A DNA stretch of 60,977 nt, from positions 1-60,977 of the IMG/VR virus record IMGVR_UViG_3300021519_000001. The stretch is one strand, 5' to 3'. Source of the DNA: a virus. Lineage: Duplodnaviria > Caudoviricetes. A program made the translations under genes and the position numbers. The notes beneath the pieces are model-generated. The model was not told the origin of the DNA and did no database searches. It was given only the letters and a program-made list of their open reading frames with translations. Below are positions 1-8,970 of the stretch, piece after piece; the stretch's first letter is position 1; the number at the start of each line of letters is the position of its first letter.

Positions 1-127
1 GTGCCGAAGTAAACGGGCAAATAGACAAAGCAAACGTCTACAGTCGTCTTCGTGAAGGCTATGAACTAGTCCGTCTTGAAGAACTGCCCGAAGAGTACCA
101 AGGCATGATGCCTACCGTTGATGACGG
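1..127. repeat. Terminal overlap, copy 1 (identical to 60851-60977)
   Basis: Exact 127-nt match of the two contig ends, typical of a k=127 assembly overlap of a circular contig. Confidence 0.97.
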
Positions 128-335
128 TAAGCATGCTGGAGTTGTTTCTGTTGGTGGACTTTTGCTTGCAAGAGTTCCCGATGAGACCATTGCAGAGAGA
201 AACGAGTATTACCGCCGTAAGGCTCAGGATCAGTTACATGCTGTTGACAACGAGATGATGCGAGAAAACGCACACTCTACAATGCGACTTCAGAATCCTG
301 AACGCAGTTCGCGCACAACATTCCGTCAACAGTAA
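1..335 (+). CDS. 3' part of a conserved head-module protein (154 aa; starts at 60721 across the junction)
   Basis: Frame continuous with the ATG at 60721 when circularised; lies between scaffold and capsid genes. Confidence 0.85.
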   Translation, partial: AEVNGQIDKANVYSRLREGYELVRLEELPEEYQGMMPTVDDGKHAGVVSVGGLLLARVPDETIAERNEYYRRKAQDQLHAVDNEMMRENAHSTMRLQNPERSSRTTFRQQ

Positions 336-370
336 AATGTTGATATTTTAAATTTTTGTAGGAGCTACAA

Positions 371-958
371 ATGGCAAACGTTAATAAGCCTTTTGGCCTG
401 CGTCCCATTGGTAACCTGTCTGCTACTGGAGCCCAGAAGCAGTATGGATATCAAATTGCGGATAATCAGTCCGGAGCAATTTACCAAGGCGACTTGGTTG
501 TCGTATACGACGGTTACATCATTAAGTATGACGAAGCTACGCATGCCGCCCCCACAGGCGTCTTCAACGGCTGTCAGTACAATGATCCCACACGTGCTAA
601 CAAGCCAACGTGGAAAAACTACTACCCCGGTAGTATTGACATCACCACAGGTCAGATCGATTGCGAAGTGTTGGATGATCCCAACCAACTGTTCTTGATC
701 CAAGCTGACGGTGCTGTTACTCAAGCCAATATTGGCAAAAATGCTGATCCTACTGCTTCCACAACTGGTAGCACAACGACTGGTATTTCTGCTGGTACTT
801 TGAAATCATCGTCTATTGCAAAAACTGCAGCTTTGACTTTCAAAATTGTAGGTATAAGCAATTCGCCCGACAACGCAATAGGTACCTATACAGTTGTTGT
901 TGTTAAACTTAATCAGCATCAGTACGGTAGCGTCGGTGTTGCATCTGACGGAGCATAA
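371..958 (+). CDS. Putative capsid decoration/minor head protein
   Basis: 195 aa, beta-rich composition, AGGAG RBS, immediately upstream of MCP. Confidence 0.65.
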   Translation: MANVNKPFGLRPIGNLSATGAQKQYGYQIADNQSGAIYQGDLVVVYDGYIIKYDEATHAAPTGVFNGCQYNDPTRANKPTWKNYYPGSIDITTGQIDCEVLDDPNQLFLIQADGAVTQANIGKNADPTASTTGSTTTGISAGTLKSSSIAKTAALTFKIVGISNSPDNAIGTYTVVVVKLNQHQYGSVGVASDGA

Positions 959-960
959 TC

Positions 961-1872
961 ATGGCTATTACACGTTCCCAACTGGTAAAAGAACTTGAGC
1001 CCGGCCTGAACGCACTGTTCGGCTTAGAGTACAAGCGTTACGAAAACGAGCACGAAGAAATCTTCTCAATCGAGACTTCTGACCGTGCATTTGAAGAAGA
1101 GGTCATGTTGACTGGCTTCGGCTCCGCTCCAGTTAAGTCTGAGGGTGCCGGCGTTCAGTACGACACAGCACTGGAATCCTTCACAGCCCGCTACACACAC
1201 GAAACCGTTGCTATGGCTTTCGCGTTGACAGAGGAAGCTGTGGAAGATAACTTGTATGACCGCTTGTCAGGTCGTTACACCAAGGCTATGGCTCGTTCAA
1301 TGAGCTTCACAAAGCAAGTAAAAGCTGCTTCTGTGTTGAACAACGGTTTCACTGGCGGCAGTTATGCCGGCGGCGACGGCGTTGCATTGTTTGCAACCAA
1401 CCACCCAACTGCTTTGTCCGCCAACTATGCAAACACTCCCGCAGTGGCTGCAGACTTGAACGAGACATCGTTGGAGCAAGCTTTGATTGACATTGCAGCG
1501 TTTATCGACGAGCGTGGCTTGAAGGTTGCCTTGACTGGCCGCAAGATGATTGTTCCTAAGGAACTGCAGTTCACTGCAGAGCGCCTGATGAAGAGCACTT
1601 TGCGCACTAGCACAGCGGATAACGATGTGAACGCAATTGCGTCTATGGGCATGCTCCCAGAGGGTTACGCTGTCAACCACTACTTGACAGACGTCAACGC
1701 TTGGTTCATCATCACTGATGCACCTAACGGCTTGAAAATGTTCAATCGTTCACCTATCAAAACCGCTTTTGAAGGCGATTTTGACACAGGTAACGTGCGT
1801 TACAAAGCTCGTGAGCGTTACAGCTTCGGCTGGTCTGACCCACGTGGCGCTTACGGTTCACCCGGCGCTTAA
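961..1872 (+). CDS. Major capsid protein
   Basis: 303 aa, MAITRSQLVKELEPGLNALFG...YKARERYSFGWSDPRG typical of this MCP family; followed by strong terminator. Confidence 0.9.
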   Translation: MAITRSQLVKELEPGLNALFGLEYKRYENEHEEIFSIETSDRAFEEEVMLTGFGSAPVKSEGAGVQYDTALESFTARYTHETVAMAFALTEEAVEDNLYDRLSGRYTKAMARSMSFTKQVKAASVLNNGFTGGSYAGGDGVALFATNHPTALSANYANTPAVAADLNETSLEQALIDIAAFIDERGLKVALTGRKMIVPKELQFTAERLMKSTLRTSTADNDVNAIASMGMLPEGYAVNHYLTDVNAWFIITDAPNGLKMFNRSPIKTAFEGDFDTGNVRYKARERYSFGWSDPRGAYGSPGA

Positions 1873-1893
1873 TCCATACGCAGTTTGCGTACT

Positions 1894-1920
1894 AAAGGCC
1901 ACCTTCGGGTGGCCTTTTTC
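1894..1920 (+). terminator. Rho-independent terminator after MCP
   Basis: AAAGGCCACC-TTCG-GGTGGCCTTTTT. Confidence 0.9.
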
Positions 1921-1986
1921 TTGTCATAAAATTAAATTAGGATGGACTTGCAGCCGCTGTGGTTGCATAAATCTTAGGGGCACATC

Positions 1987-2208
1987 ATGAAATTTGAAAT
2001 GGAATTTGGCGTTTTTGGTAACAGCAAATTGGTAATTGAGACTCACGATTTTGACGTCATCGATATTTTTCAAAAGTTTGTGGAGTTTCAAGAACACTAC
2101 GGTTGGGCTGTTGAGTACGAAGCCACGGCTGTGCTTGATGACGAGTTTGAAGACGAAGATGAAGACGAAGTTGCGGCTGCTGAAGCCGAAGCTGCTAAAA
2201 CAGAGTGA
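1987..2208 (+). CDS. Small acidic hypothetical protein
   Basis: 73-aa ORF, AGGGG RBS, D/E-rich C-terminus. Confidence 0.7.
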   Translation: MKFEMEFGVFGNSKLVIETHDFDVIDIFQKFVEFQEHYGWAVEYEATAVLDDEFEDEDEDEVAAAEAEAAKTE

Positions 2209-2210
2209 TA

Positions 2211-2588
2211 TTAGGGGGCCACGGCCCCCTTCTTTTTGGCTTTTTTAACAAGCCGTTCGTCGTGATGATGTATGCGGTGGCAATTAGCGCAAAGCACAAT
2301 ACACTTCTTGACCTCTTCCATAGCCCGTTTGAACGCACGGTTTTTTATCAGCTTGTTGACTGAATCTTCTTTGGTGCTGCTGTCTATGTGGTGGAAATCA
2401 AATGTAGCTGGGTGGTTTTGCCCGCATTTTATGCAAGCTAATGTAGCTTTAAAGCTACGCCATTGATCTTTATATGCTTTGGCGGAAGCCTTGCTTGCTG
2501 CAATTACAATGGCTTTATTGTTAGCATAGTACGTACTTGCGTACGTCTTTTGTTTAGTTTGCTTAACAATTTTGTCTTTATACGGCAT
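2211..2588 (-). CDS. HNH endonuclease
   Basis: CxxC...FDFHH...CIVLCANCHRIHH HNH/Zn signature. Confidence 0.85.
   Translation of the reverse strand: MPYKDKIVKQTKQKTYASTYYANNKAIVIAASKASAKAYKDQWRSFKATLACIKCGQNHPATFDFHHIDSSTKEDSVNKLIKNRAFKRAMEEVKKCIVLCANCHRIHHHDERLVKKAKKKGAVAP
2213..2237. terminator. Hairpin terminator at convergent gene ends
   Basis: AGGGGGCC-AC-GGCCCCCT followed by TCTTTTT. Confidence 0.6.
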
Positions 2589-3018
2589 GTTTGATCCGGT
2601 ACTTCCAATATAGCGCCGTTTTTAAACCCCAAGGTTTAGATGGCTCAAACATTTTGAAACCCATAGCTATCAAACTGTTTGCAGATGCGGGGTTTTCATT
2701 AGTGTCCGTAATCACCCAATTCATGCCTAACGTTTTGGCTTTGCGAACCCGCGCTTTAATAAACCTTTTCTGAAGCCCGCGTCCACGATGAGCGCGTACA
2801 ACACCTGCCCGACAAAGATACATAGTGTCAGACCAACGACTAGAGGAAACAACACCAGCGAACCCAGCAGCCTCACCATTCTGTGTGTAAGCGACATACC
2901 AGTATCCTTGAGCGATTGGGTAAATTTTATCGTGGGGAAGACATGCTTTTTGAAGCAACGCCAACAACTGCACCACCTCTGGCTGGCGAGTATCGACAGG
3001 GACAATGCGGTATTTCAT
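2578..3018 (-). CDS. GNAT family N-acetyltransferase
   Basis: Acetyl-CoA motif A (V..AHRGRGLQ) and N.AS..L...GF motif B; probable start ATG 3018. Confidence 0.85.
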   Translation of the reverse strand: MKYRIVPVDTRQPEVVQLLALLQKACLPHDKIYPIAQGYWYVAYTQNGEAAGFAGVVSSSRWSDTMYLCRAGVVRAHRGRGLQKRFIKARVRKAKTLGMNWVITDTNENPASANSLIAMGFKMFEPSKPWGLKTALYWKYRIKHAV

Positions 3019-3059
3019 GCCCCCATAATGCCCGGGGATTGTGACAAGAAAAATAATTG

Positions 3060-3088
3060 TTGCGCACTTAAAAATACCGTGATATAAA
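3060..3088 (+). promoter_or_regulatory. Sigma70-like promoter
   Basis: TTGCGC-17 nt-TATAAA with TG extended -10. Confidence 0.6.
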
Positions 3089-3094
3089 CATAGC

Positions 3095-3176
3095 AATCCG
3101 GGCTTTCCGGTGCATCAAACAGTCCCGGCTGACGACATACAGATTGATGCACTTAACTTGTATGTAAGGAAAAATC
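3095..3176 (+). ncRNA. Candidate structured 5' leader (double pseudoknot)
   Basis: Pairings 3110-3118/3144-3152 (9 bp), 3098-3102/3124-3128, 3120-3122/3129-3131, 3135-3141/3159-3165 next to the SD. Confidence 0.6.
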
Positions 3177-3719
3177 ATGGCACGCACTACGTTCAGTGGC
3201 CCAGTACGATCAATGGGCGGTTTGTACCAACAAGGCCCCGGGGCCGTTCTCACACTCACTTCTAGCACTACGCTTGACCCTGTTACTCACGGCGGACGGC
3301 TTTTGGTTGTTGGCGGCTCTTTGGCCGCTGCTTTGACTTTAACGCTGCCCACTATCAACACCACCGCTGATGCTTCTACTGCTGGCCCGGGCCGCGATTA
3401 CAACACCCAAAACAATTTAGGTGTGCTGTATACCATTTGGATTTCCACCACGCTCAGCACTAGTTCTTTAAAAATTGCTACTGATGGTACTGACCGTTAT
3501 ATCGGTTCCTTGCTGTCGGTGGACACAGATTCGTCTGGTGCAATGGTAGGTTTTACTGCTAACGGCTCCAGCAATGACTTTATTAATTTGAATGGAACGA
3601 CCACTGGTGGCGTTGCAGGCACTTGGATTGAGATCCGCGCAATTGCCGCATTGAAGTACTGCGTCACTGGCGTAATCCTTGGTACTGGCACCGTGGCTAC
3701 GCCATTTGCAGACGCTTAA
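3177..3719 (+). CDS. Putative virion structural protein (head fibre/decoration-like)
   Basis: 180 aa, N-terminal MARTTFSGPVRS, T/G-rich; AAGGA RBS. Confidence 0.6.
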   Translation: MARTTFSGPVRSMGGLYQQGPGAVLTLTSSTTLDPVTHGGRLLVVGGSLAAALTLTLPTINTTADASTAGPGRDYNTQNNLGVLYTIWISTTLSTSSLKIATDGTDRYIGSLLSVDTDSSGAMVGFTANGSSNDFINLNGTTTGGVAGTWIEIRAIAALKYCVTGVILGTGTVATPFADA

Positions 3720-3764
3720 TTAACTCAAGGGGGCCATGGGCCCCCAACTTAAAGGAGATTAATT

Positions 3765-4061
3765 ATGGGTTTTCAATTTGACGTAAAAGCAAAGAACATG
3801 ACCGCTACCGGTGCGTCCGGTATTGGTGTTCCTCGGGCGCGTGTTAAATCAATTTATATCGTTAATGGTGCAACAACAGGATCCGTTTCTTTCAAAGATG
3901 GCGGCGCAAGTGGCACTGAATTGATAAAAATTGACACGCCTGCCAGCACTACGGGTACAGGTTCAATGATGATATTAATTCCGGGTGATGGGGTTGTCTT
4001 TTTGGCGGACCCTTATTTGACCCTTACGACCGCCACATCGGTTACATTTTTCTACGGATAA
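3765..4061 (+). CDS. Putative virion structural protein
   Basis: 98 aa, beta-rich, AAGGAG RBS. Confidence 0.6.
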   Translation: MGFQFDVKAKNMTATGASGIGVPRARVKSIYIVNGATTGSVSFKDGGASGTELIKIDTPASTTGTGSMMILIPGDGVVFLADPYLTLTTATSVTFFYG

Positions 4062-4071
4062 GGAGTCCAAA

Positions 4072-4254
4072 ATGGGACGAGCAACAAAAATGGCAGACGA
4101 TCAGTACCAAGGCGAAATTCAGCCCGGTGCTCAGAAACAAAACATGGCTAAAGGCGGCCCTAAGCAAACATCACGTAAGACAGTGGCTCCTTCTGGCTCC
4201 ACTACACCACGTGGTGTAGGCTTGGCTCGCAACAAGCCCTGCAAGATGTACTGA
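4072..4254 (+). CDS. Small basic protein with MAKGG motif
   Basis: 60 aa, AAGGAG RBS, RGxG-like C-terminus. Confidence 0.7.
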   Translation: MGRATKMADDQYQGEIQPGAQKQNMAKGGPKQTSRKTVAPSGSTTPRGVGLARNKPCKMY

Positions 4255-4255
4255 A

Positions 4256-4510
4256 ATGGCTAAGACTCCTGCTTGGCAGCGGAAAGAGGGCAAAAGTGCC
4301 AGTGGCGGTCTAAACGCCAAGGGCCGTGCTTCTTACAACAAAGCCAATCCGGGTAAACCCGGATTAAAGGCTCCGCAGCCAGAGGGGGGTCCTCGCAAAG
4401 ATAGCTTCTGTGCCCGTATGGAAGGCATGCGAAAGAAGAATACAAGCGAGAAGACCGCCAAGGATCCAGATAGCAGGATTAATAAAAGCTTACGGAAGTG
4501 GAAGTGCTAA
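4256..4510 (+). CDS. Small basic conserved phage protein (DUF6321-like)
   Basis: PAWQRKEGK...GGLN.KGR.SY...SFCARM...LRKWKC. Confidence 0.7.
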   Translation: MAKTPAWQRKEGKSASGGLNAKGRASYNKANPGKPGLKAPQPEGGPRKDSFCARMEGMRKKNTSEKTAKDPDSRINKSLRKWKC

Positions 4511-4759
4511 ATGGAACTGATGTTGTGGAACGTTGGCCTAACCGTTCTTATAGGTTTTGTTGGGTGGGTATTAAAGGATAAATCTGAAGAGCTTAACCGC
4601 CTTCAGATTTTGATAAACCGTACCCGCGAAGAACTTGCCAAAGAATACGTTACAAAGGCTGAAGTCCATGCGGACATTAACCGTGTTTTGGATAGACTAG
4701 ACAGGTTGGACGAAAAGTTAGACCGTTTAATGGGAGCAACAAATGCCCGCAGTCAGTAA
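4511..4759 (+). CDS. Membrane-anchored coiled-coil protein
   Basis: N-terminal TM helix followed by heptad-rich segment. Confidence 0.7.
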   Translation: MELMLWNVGLTVLIGFVGWVLKDKSEELNRLQILINRTREELAKEYVTKAEVHADINRVLDRLDRLDEKLDRLMGATNARSQ

Positions 4760-5096
4760 AAAACAAAAGAAGTTTATGGATGCAGCAGCGCACAATCCTG
4801 CATTTGCAAAAAAGGTTGGCATCCCACAGTCTGTGGCGATGGATTTTAGTAAGGCCAGTAAAGGCAAAAAATTTAGACAAGGTGGCGACATGAAACATGG
4901 ATACAAAGACGGCGGACTCGCAAAAAAAGGCGAAGGCATTGCCAAAAAAGGTTTTGCTAAAGGCGGCATGGTTGCTGGTGTAGGCCAGTCACAAGGCGAA
5001 ACGCTTAGCCAAAACGTTAAAAAGAGCGTTCAAGGCGATAAGGTTGCCGTTCGTGGTGTCGGTGCAGCACGTGCTCGCACAGCGATGATCTACTGA
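4743..5096 (+). CDS. Basic protein with three xxxGG motifs
   Basis: 117 aa, K-rich; FRQGG, YKDGG, FAKGG. Confidence 0.75.
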   Translation: MPAVSKKQKKFMDAAAHNPAFAKKVGIPQSVAMDFSKASKGKKFRQGGDMKHGYKDGGLAKKGEGIAKKGFAKGGMVAGVGQSQGETLSQNVKKSVQGDKVAVRGVGAARARTAMIY

Positions 5097-5097
5097 T

Positions 5098-5775
5098 ATG
5101 GCTGTTTCCGGCGTAACCAATTTTGATCTGCAGTTTGATGACCTCATAGCTGAGGCATATGAGCGCTGCGGTATTGAGGTGCGCGACGGTTACGACATGA
5201 AAACGGCGCTTCGCTCTGTTAATTTGATTTTTGCAGAGTGGGCAAACCGTGGTTTGAACCTTTGGACAATTGAGCAGCGCCAGCAGGTGTTGACGCCGGG
5301 CACGTATGAGTATGACCTGCCTTCAGACACCGTAGACGGCCTTTCAGCCGTGATTCGGACCAATGCAGGCCAGTCTACCCAGCAGGACATCACAATCGAC
5401 CGTATAGGCCGTGCTGAGTGGTTGCATGTGCCTAACAAGCTAACCCAGTCACGTCCTGCGCAGTACTATATCCAGCGCACAGTGCCGGCCAAGGTATTTT
5501 TGTATCCTTCTCCTGATTCAACGCAGACATGGACATTTGTCTACTATGCGATTCGCCGCATGGACAACGCGGGTGGGTTTACAAATACCGCAGACATTTC
5601 TTTTCGGTTCTTGCCTTGTTTAGCAGCAGCGTTGGCGTACTACTTGGCAGTGAAAAAAGCGCCTGATCGTGTCATGATGCTCAAGCAAATGTACGAAGAA
5701 GAGTTTATGCGTGCAGCTTCTGAAGACCGTGAGCGCTCGGGCTTCTTTGTGGTACCTACATATACGCAGAGGTAA
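5098..5775 (+). CDS. Head-tail adaptor / tail tubular protein A-like
   Basis: 225 aa; helical termini around beta core (G...Y.LP.D, YP.PD) typical of podovirus adaptors; position. Confidence 0.65.
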   Translation: MAVSGVTNFDLQFDDLIAEAYERCGIEVRDGYDMKTALRSVNLIFAEWANRGLNLWTIEQRQQVLTPGTYEYDLPSDTVDGLSAVIRTNAGQSTQQDITIDRIGRAEWLHVPNKLTQSRPAQYYIQRTVPAKVFLYPSPDSTQTWTFVYYAIRRMDNAGGFTNTADISFRFLPCLAAALAYYLAVKKAPDRVMMLKQMYEEEFMRAASEDRERSGFFVVPTYTQR

Positions 5776-5778
5776 CCC

Positions 5779-6108
5779 ATGGCGTATGTATCAGGCAAAT
5801 TTGCAATTGCGCTGTGCGACAGGTGCGGCCAACGATACAAACTTAATCGTCTTATCAAGGAATGGACAGGCTTTAAGGTCTGCCCTGAGTGCTATGAGCC
5901 CAAGCATCCACAGTTGGAGCCAAAGCGCTCAATAAATGAGCCACAGGCCTTGCAACAACCTCGACCAGAGAGTAGACTTGGAGTTACCGTCTACGTCGGG
6001 TTCACGGCTGATACTTCATTTGCTAGTATCGGAATGATGCCGATGCCTTATGCCAAACCATTAGTCGCTGCTGCGATTCTTGGAACAGTCAGAACGAGCA
6101 TCACATGA
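5779..6108 (+). CDS. Zinc-ribbon virion-associated protein
   Basis: CDRC...CPEC, EPKHPQL. Confidence 0.7.
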   Translation: MAYVSGKFAIALCDRCGQRYKLNRLIKEWTGFKVCPECYEPKHPQLEPKRSINEPQALQQPRPESRLGVTVYVGFTADTSFASIGMMPMPYAKPLVAAAILGTVRTSIT

Positions 6109-6947
6109 CATACACCGAATTAAAAGCTGCCATCATTGCTTACACCGAAAATCAGGGGTTTACAGCCACTGATTTGGCTACGTTTACAAAGCAAGCTGAG
6201 CAGCGGATTTACAACTCGGTTCAGATTGCCAACTTGCGCAAAAACGTGACGGGTGTTTTGTCTTCTGGCAACAAGTATTTGGCATGCCCTAACGATTACT
6301 TATCCAGCTATTCTTTGGCTGTTTATCCTTTTATCAGCACTACTGCAACAGGTACTTCAGGCCAATTTACAATTGTTGTTGCAAGCGCTTCTGGTATTGT
6401 TGTAGGTCAGTATGCTGCTGGATCAAACATTGGTACAGAAGCGGTAGTCACAGTGATCAATGGCACAACCATTACATTGAGTGTGGCAAATAGCGGTGCT
6501 ATATCCGGCGCGGTGACTTTCCAAGGCGACTACACGTACTTGTTGAATAAAGATGTGAACTTTATTCGTGAGGTGTATCCTAATCCGCGTGACATAGCAC
6601 TTCCTAAGTATTACGCTATTTTTGGCCCGCAATCGGCAAATGACGCTGAATTGTCGTTTATTTTAGGCCCTACTCCAGATGATAATTACTATGCTGAATT
6701 GCATTATTACTACTATCCACCGTCTATTGTGACTGCAGAAACAACGTGGCTGGGTGATAATTTTGACTCTGCACTTTTGTATGGTTGTTTGGTGGAAGCC
6801 TATACCTACATGAAGGGCGAGCAGGACATGATGGTTTTGTACGATACAAAGTACAAAGAAGCGTTGATGCTCCTGAAGAACTTGGGTGATGGTAAGCAGC
6901 GTGGTGATGCTTATCGTGATGGTCAAGTTAAATTGGCTGTGAGGTAA
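6105..6947 (+). CDS. Second adaptor/tail tubular-like protein
   Basis: 280 aa; MTYTELK.AI..YTEN, AE.RI, PTPD, LLYG.L.EA. Confidence 0.65.
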   Translation: MTYTELKAAIIAYTENQGFTATDLATFTKQAEQRIYNSVQIANLRKNVTGVLSSGNKYLACPNDYLSSYSLAVYPFISTTATGTSGQFTIVVASASGIVVGQYAAGSNIGTEAVVTVINGTTITLSVANSGAISGAVTFQGDYTYLLNKDVNFIREVYPNPRDIALPKYYAIFGPQSANDAELSFILGPTPDDNYYAELHYYYYPPSIVTAETTWLGDNFDSALLYGCLVEAYTYMKGEQDMMVLYDTKYKEALMLLKNLGDGKQRGDAYRDGQVKLAVR

Positions 6948-6950
6948 TAA

Positions 6951-7367
6951 ATGATCACAGCAGGACTTACCAATAGTTTTAAGCAACAGTTGTTGCTGGG
7001 TGTGCATGATTTTTCAACGGATACGTTTAAGATTGCGTTGTATACGTCCTTGGCTACGCTAGGTCCTGACACAACTGTGTACAGCAGCACAAATGAAGTA
7101 TCTGGTACAGGGTACACCGCTCCGGGTCAAGCTTTAACAAGTGTCACTGTCCTTCTTTCACAGGGAGTGGCATATGTTAGTTTCACCAATCCTGCATGGG
7201 TAGGTTCAACTTTTACAACGCGTGGGGCATTGATTTACAACGCTACTAAGGCAGGAAAATCAGTTGGCGTGCTTAATTTTGGTGTAGACCAGACCATGTT
7301 AGGACAATCTTTTACCATTCAACTTCCGACAAACAACCCGGAAAACGCATTAATCCGCATCTCATAA
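6951..7367 (+). CDS. Tail structural protein
   Basis: TNSFK..LL.G.HDF...FKIALYT..EV.G.GY. Confidence 0.7.
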   Translation: MITAGLTNSFKQQLLLGVHDFSTDTFKIALYTSLATLGPDTTVYSSTNEVSGTGYTAPGQALTSVTVLLSQGVAYVSFTNPAWVGSTFTTRGALIYNATKAGKSVGVLNFGVDQTMLGQSFTIQLPTNNPENALIRIS

Positions 7368-7376
7368 GGAGCTTCT

Positions 7377-7940
7377 ATGACTATCGACAAAATGACCGCC
7401 ACCGACATGGTGCAAGCATCTACCAAATACAACACAATGCCTGAAGACACAATGGCTATCCACGGTACATACCATGCTGTTTGCTACAGCGTAGACGGTT
7501 TTATAAAGTGGGCCGATGACATTGAAAACTTGGTCACTACAGTGGGCAAGAACTTTACACTGGACACCACGCTGGGTAACACCGCTGGCGGCGCAGTTGT
7601 AATGGGTCTTAAGGGCACAGGTACAGCAGTTGTAGCTGATACGCAAGCCTCACACGCCACATGGTTAGAAGTTGGCCTAGCCAATGCCCCTACATACTCA
7701 GGCAACCGTCCTACGCCATCATTTAGCGCGGCTTCTGCTGGTAGCAAAGCAACATCTTCTGCGGTGTCGTTCTCCATTACCAGCACAGGAACAGTGGCCG
7801 GATGTTTTATCAACATTGGGGGTAGCGCAACTAAAGATTCAACGACTGGCACACTGTTCTCCGCTGGAGACTTCTCTAGTTCTAAGTCTGTTGTGTCTGG
7901 CGACACCATCGCTGTTACTTACACTGCTACATTGACATAA
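7377..7940 (+). CDS. Tail structural protein
   Basis: ENLVT..G, C-terminal K.V.SGDT..VTYT. Confidence 0.7.
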   Translation: MTIDKMTATDMVQASTKYNTMPEDTMAIHGTYHAVCYSVDGFIKWADDIENLVTTVGKNFTLDTTLGNTAGGAVVMGLKGTGTAVVADTQASHATWLEVGLANAPTYSGNRPTPSFSAASAGSKATSSAVSFSITSTGTVAGCFINIGGSATKDSTTGTLFSAGDFSSSKSVVSGDTIAVTYTATLT

Positions 7941-7941
7941 C

Positions 7942-8961
7942 ATGGCTGGAGCCGCTTGGGGTGATAATGCTTGGGGCGACTTAGGTTGGGGTGGAGTTAC
8001 CACCTACGATGTAAGCGTTACTGAGTATTTGACCCCAGCTACGGCTTGGGGGGTTGGCACTTGGGGAACTGATCCTTGGGGCGGCACAGTCCCCATATTT
8101 GAGACTCAAGAAGCTACAGTTAATTTTGGGGCTTCAGTTACGGAAACAGCGGTCATAACAGATGCCCAGTCAGCTATTACGGCATTCTTGGGATCGGTTA
8201 CTGAAACTGCGGCTATATCTGAAACCAATGCGGCTACAACGGCATACACAAGCACAGTAACGGATAGCTTGGTTACCTCCACTACAGAAGTAGCGGGAGC
8301 CACGTTCCCAGTATCTATTACGGAAACAACGGCAACAAGTACAACCGAGGTGGTAGCGGCAACATTTGCCAAGTCAATTATTGAGACTGCGGCGACTTCT
8401 ACGACTGAAGCTGTAGCGGCTACGTTTGCTAGAAGTGTTGCTGAAACAGCGGCGCTGACAGATGCAAATACAGCGACTACGGCCTATACGACCACGGTAG
8501 CAGATTCGGTAGTAACAAGTACGTTGGAATCTGTACAAGTTGACTATACTGCTTCAGTCACGGAAACCAACCCGATTGTGTCGGTTGAGCAGGCTGTAGC
8601 CACGTTCTTGGGTAACATTACCGAGTCAATGGCTATATCGGAACAGCAGTTATTTAACTGGCTGGCTTCTATTGTTGAGACAATGGTTACGTCTGACGTT
8701 ACAACTGGCGGAACGTATTACCAAGAATTTATTACAGAACTTGCGGCAATTACCGAAACAAATGGCGGCGGTGCAAACTACCGATTAAGCCGGTCGGAAA
8801 CGATGGCTATAACAGAAACAAATAATGGACGATTCTTGTGGGAAATTATTGATGACACACAAGGCGTTACATGGCAGAATATCAGCAATCCACAAACACC
8901 GGGCTGGGCTGATGTGAGTAACACCGAAACGCCCGGTTGGACAGTAATTTCTACTCAGTAG
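7942..8961 (+). CDS. Thr/Ala-rich repetitive tail fibre-like protein
   Basis: WG repeats at N-terminus, ~22-aa S[VI]TET repeats, W-repeat C-terminus. Confidence 0.7.
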   Translation: MAGAAWGDNAWGDLGWGGVTTYDVSVTEYLTPATAWGVGTWGTDPWGGTVPIFETQEATVNFGASVTETAVITDAQSAITAFLGSVTETAAISETNAATTAYTSTVTDSLVTSTTEVAGATFPVSITETTATSTTEVVAATFAKSIIETAATSTTEAVAATFARSVAETAALTDANTATTAYTTTVADSVVTSTLESVQVDYTASVTETNPIVSVEQAVATFLGNITESMAISEQQLFNWLASIVETMVTSDVTTGGTYYQEFITELAAITETNGGGANYRLSRSETMAITETNNGRFLWEIIDDTQGVTWQNISNPQTPGWADVSNTETPGWTVISTQ

Positions 8962-8970
8962 GAGCAATAA

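Noticed and set aside
1-127. 127-nt terminal repeat as a biological direct terminal repeat
   Set aside because: It lies inside a coding sequence and equals a common assembler k-mer length; best explained as circular assembly overlap.
3095-3176. HDV-like/theta ribozyme
   Set aside because: The partner of the 5' strand lies within the inner loop rather than after P3, there is no P4/J4-2 arrangement, and no adjacent tRNA.
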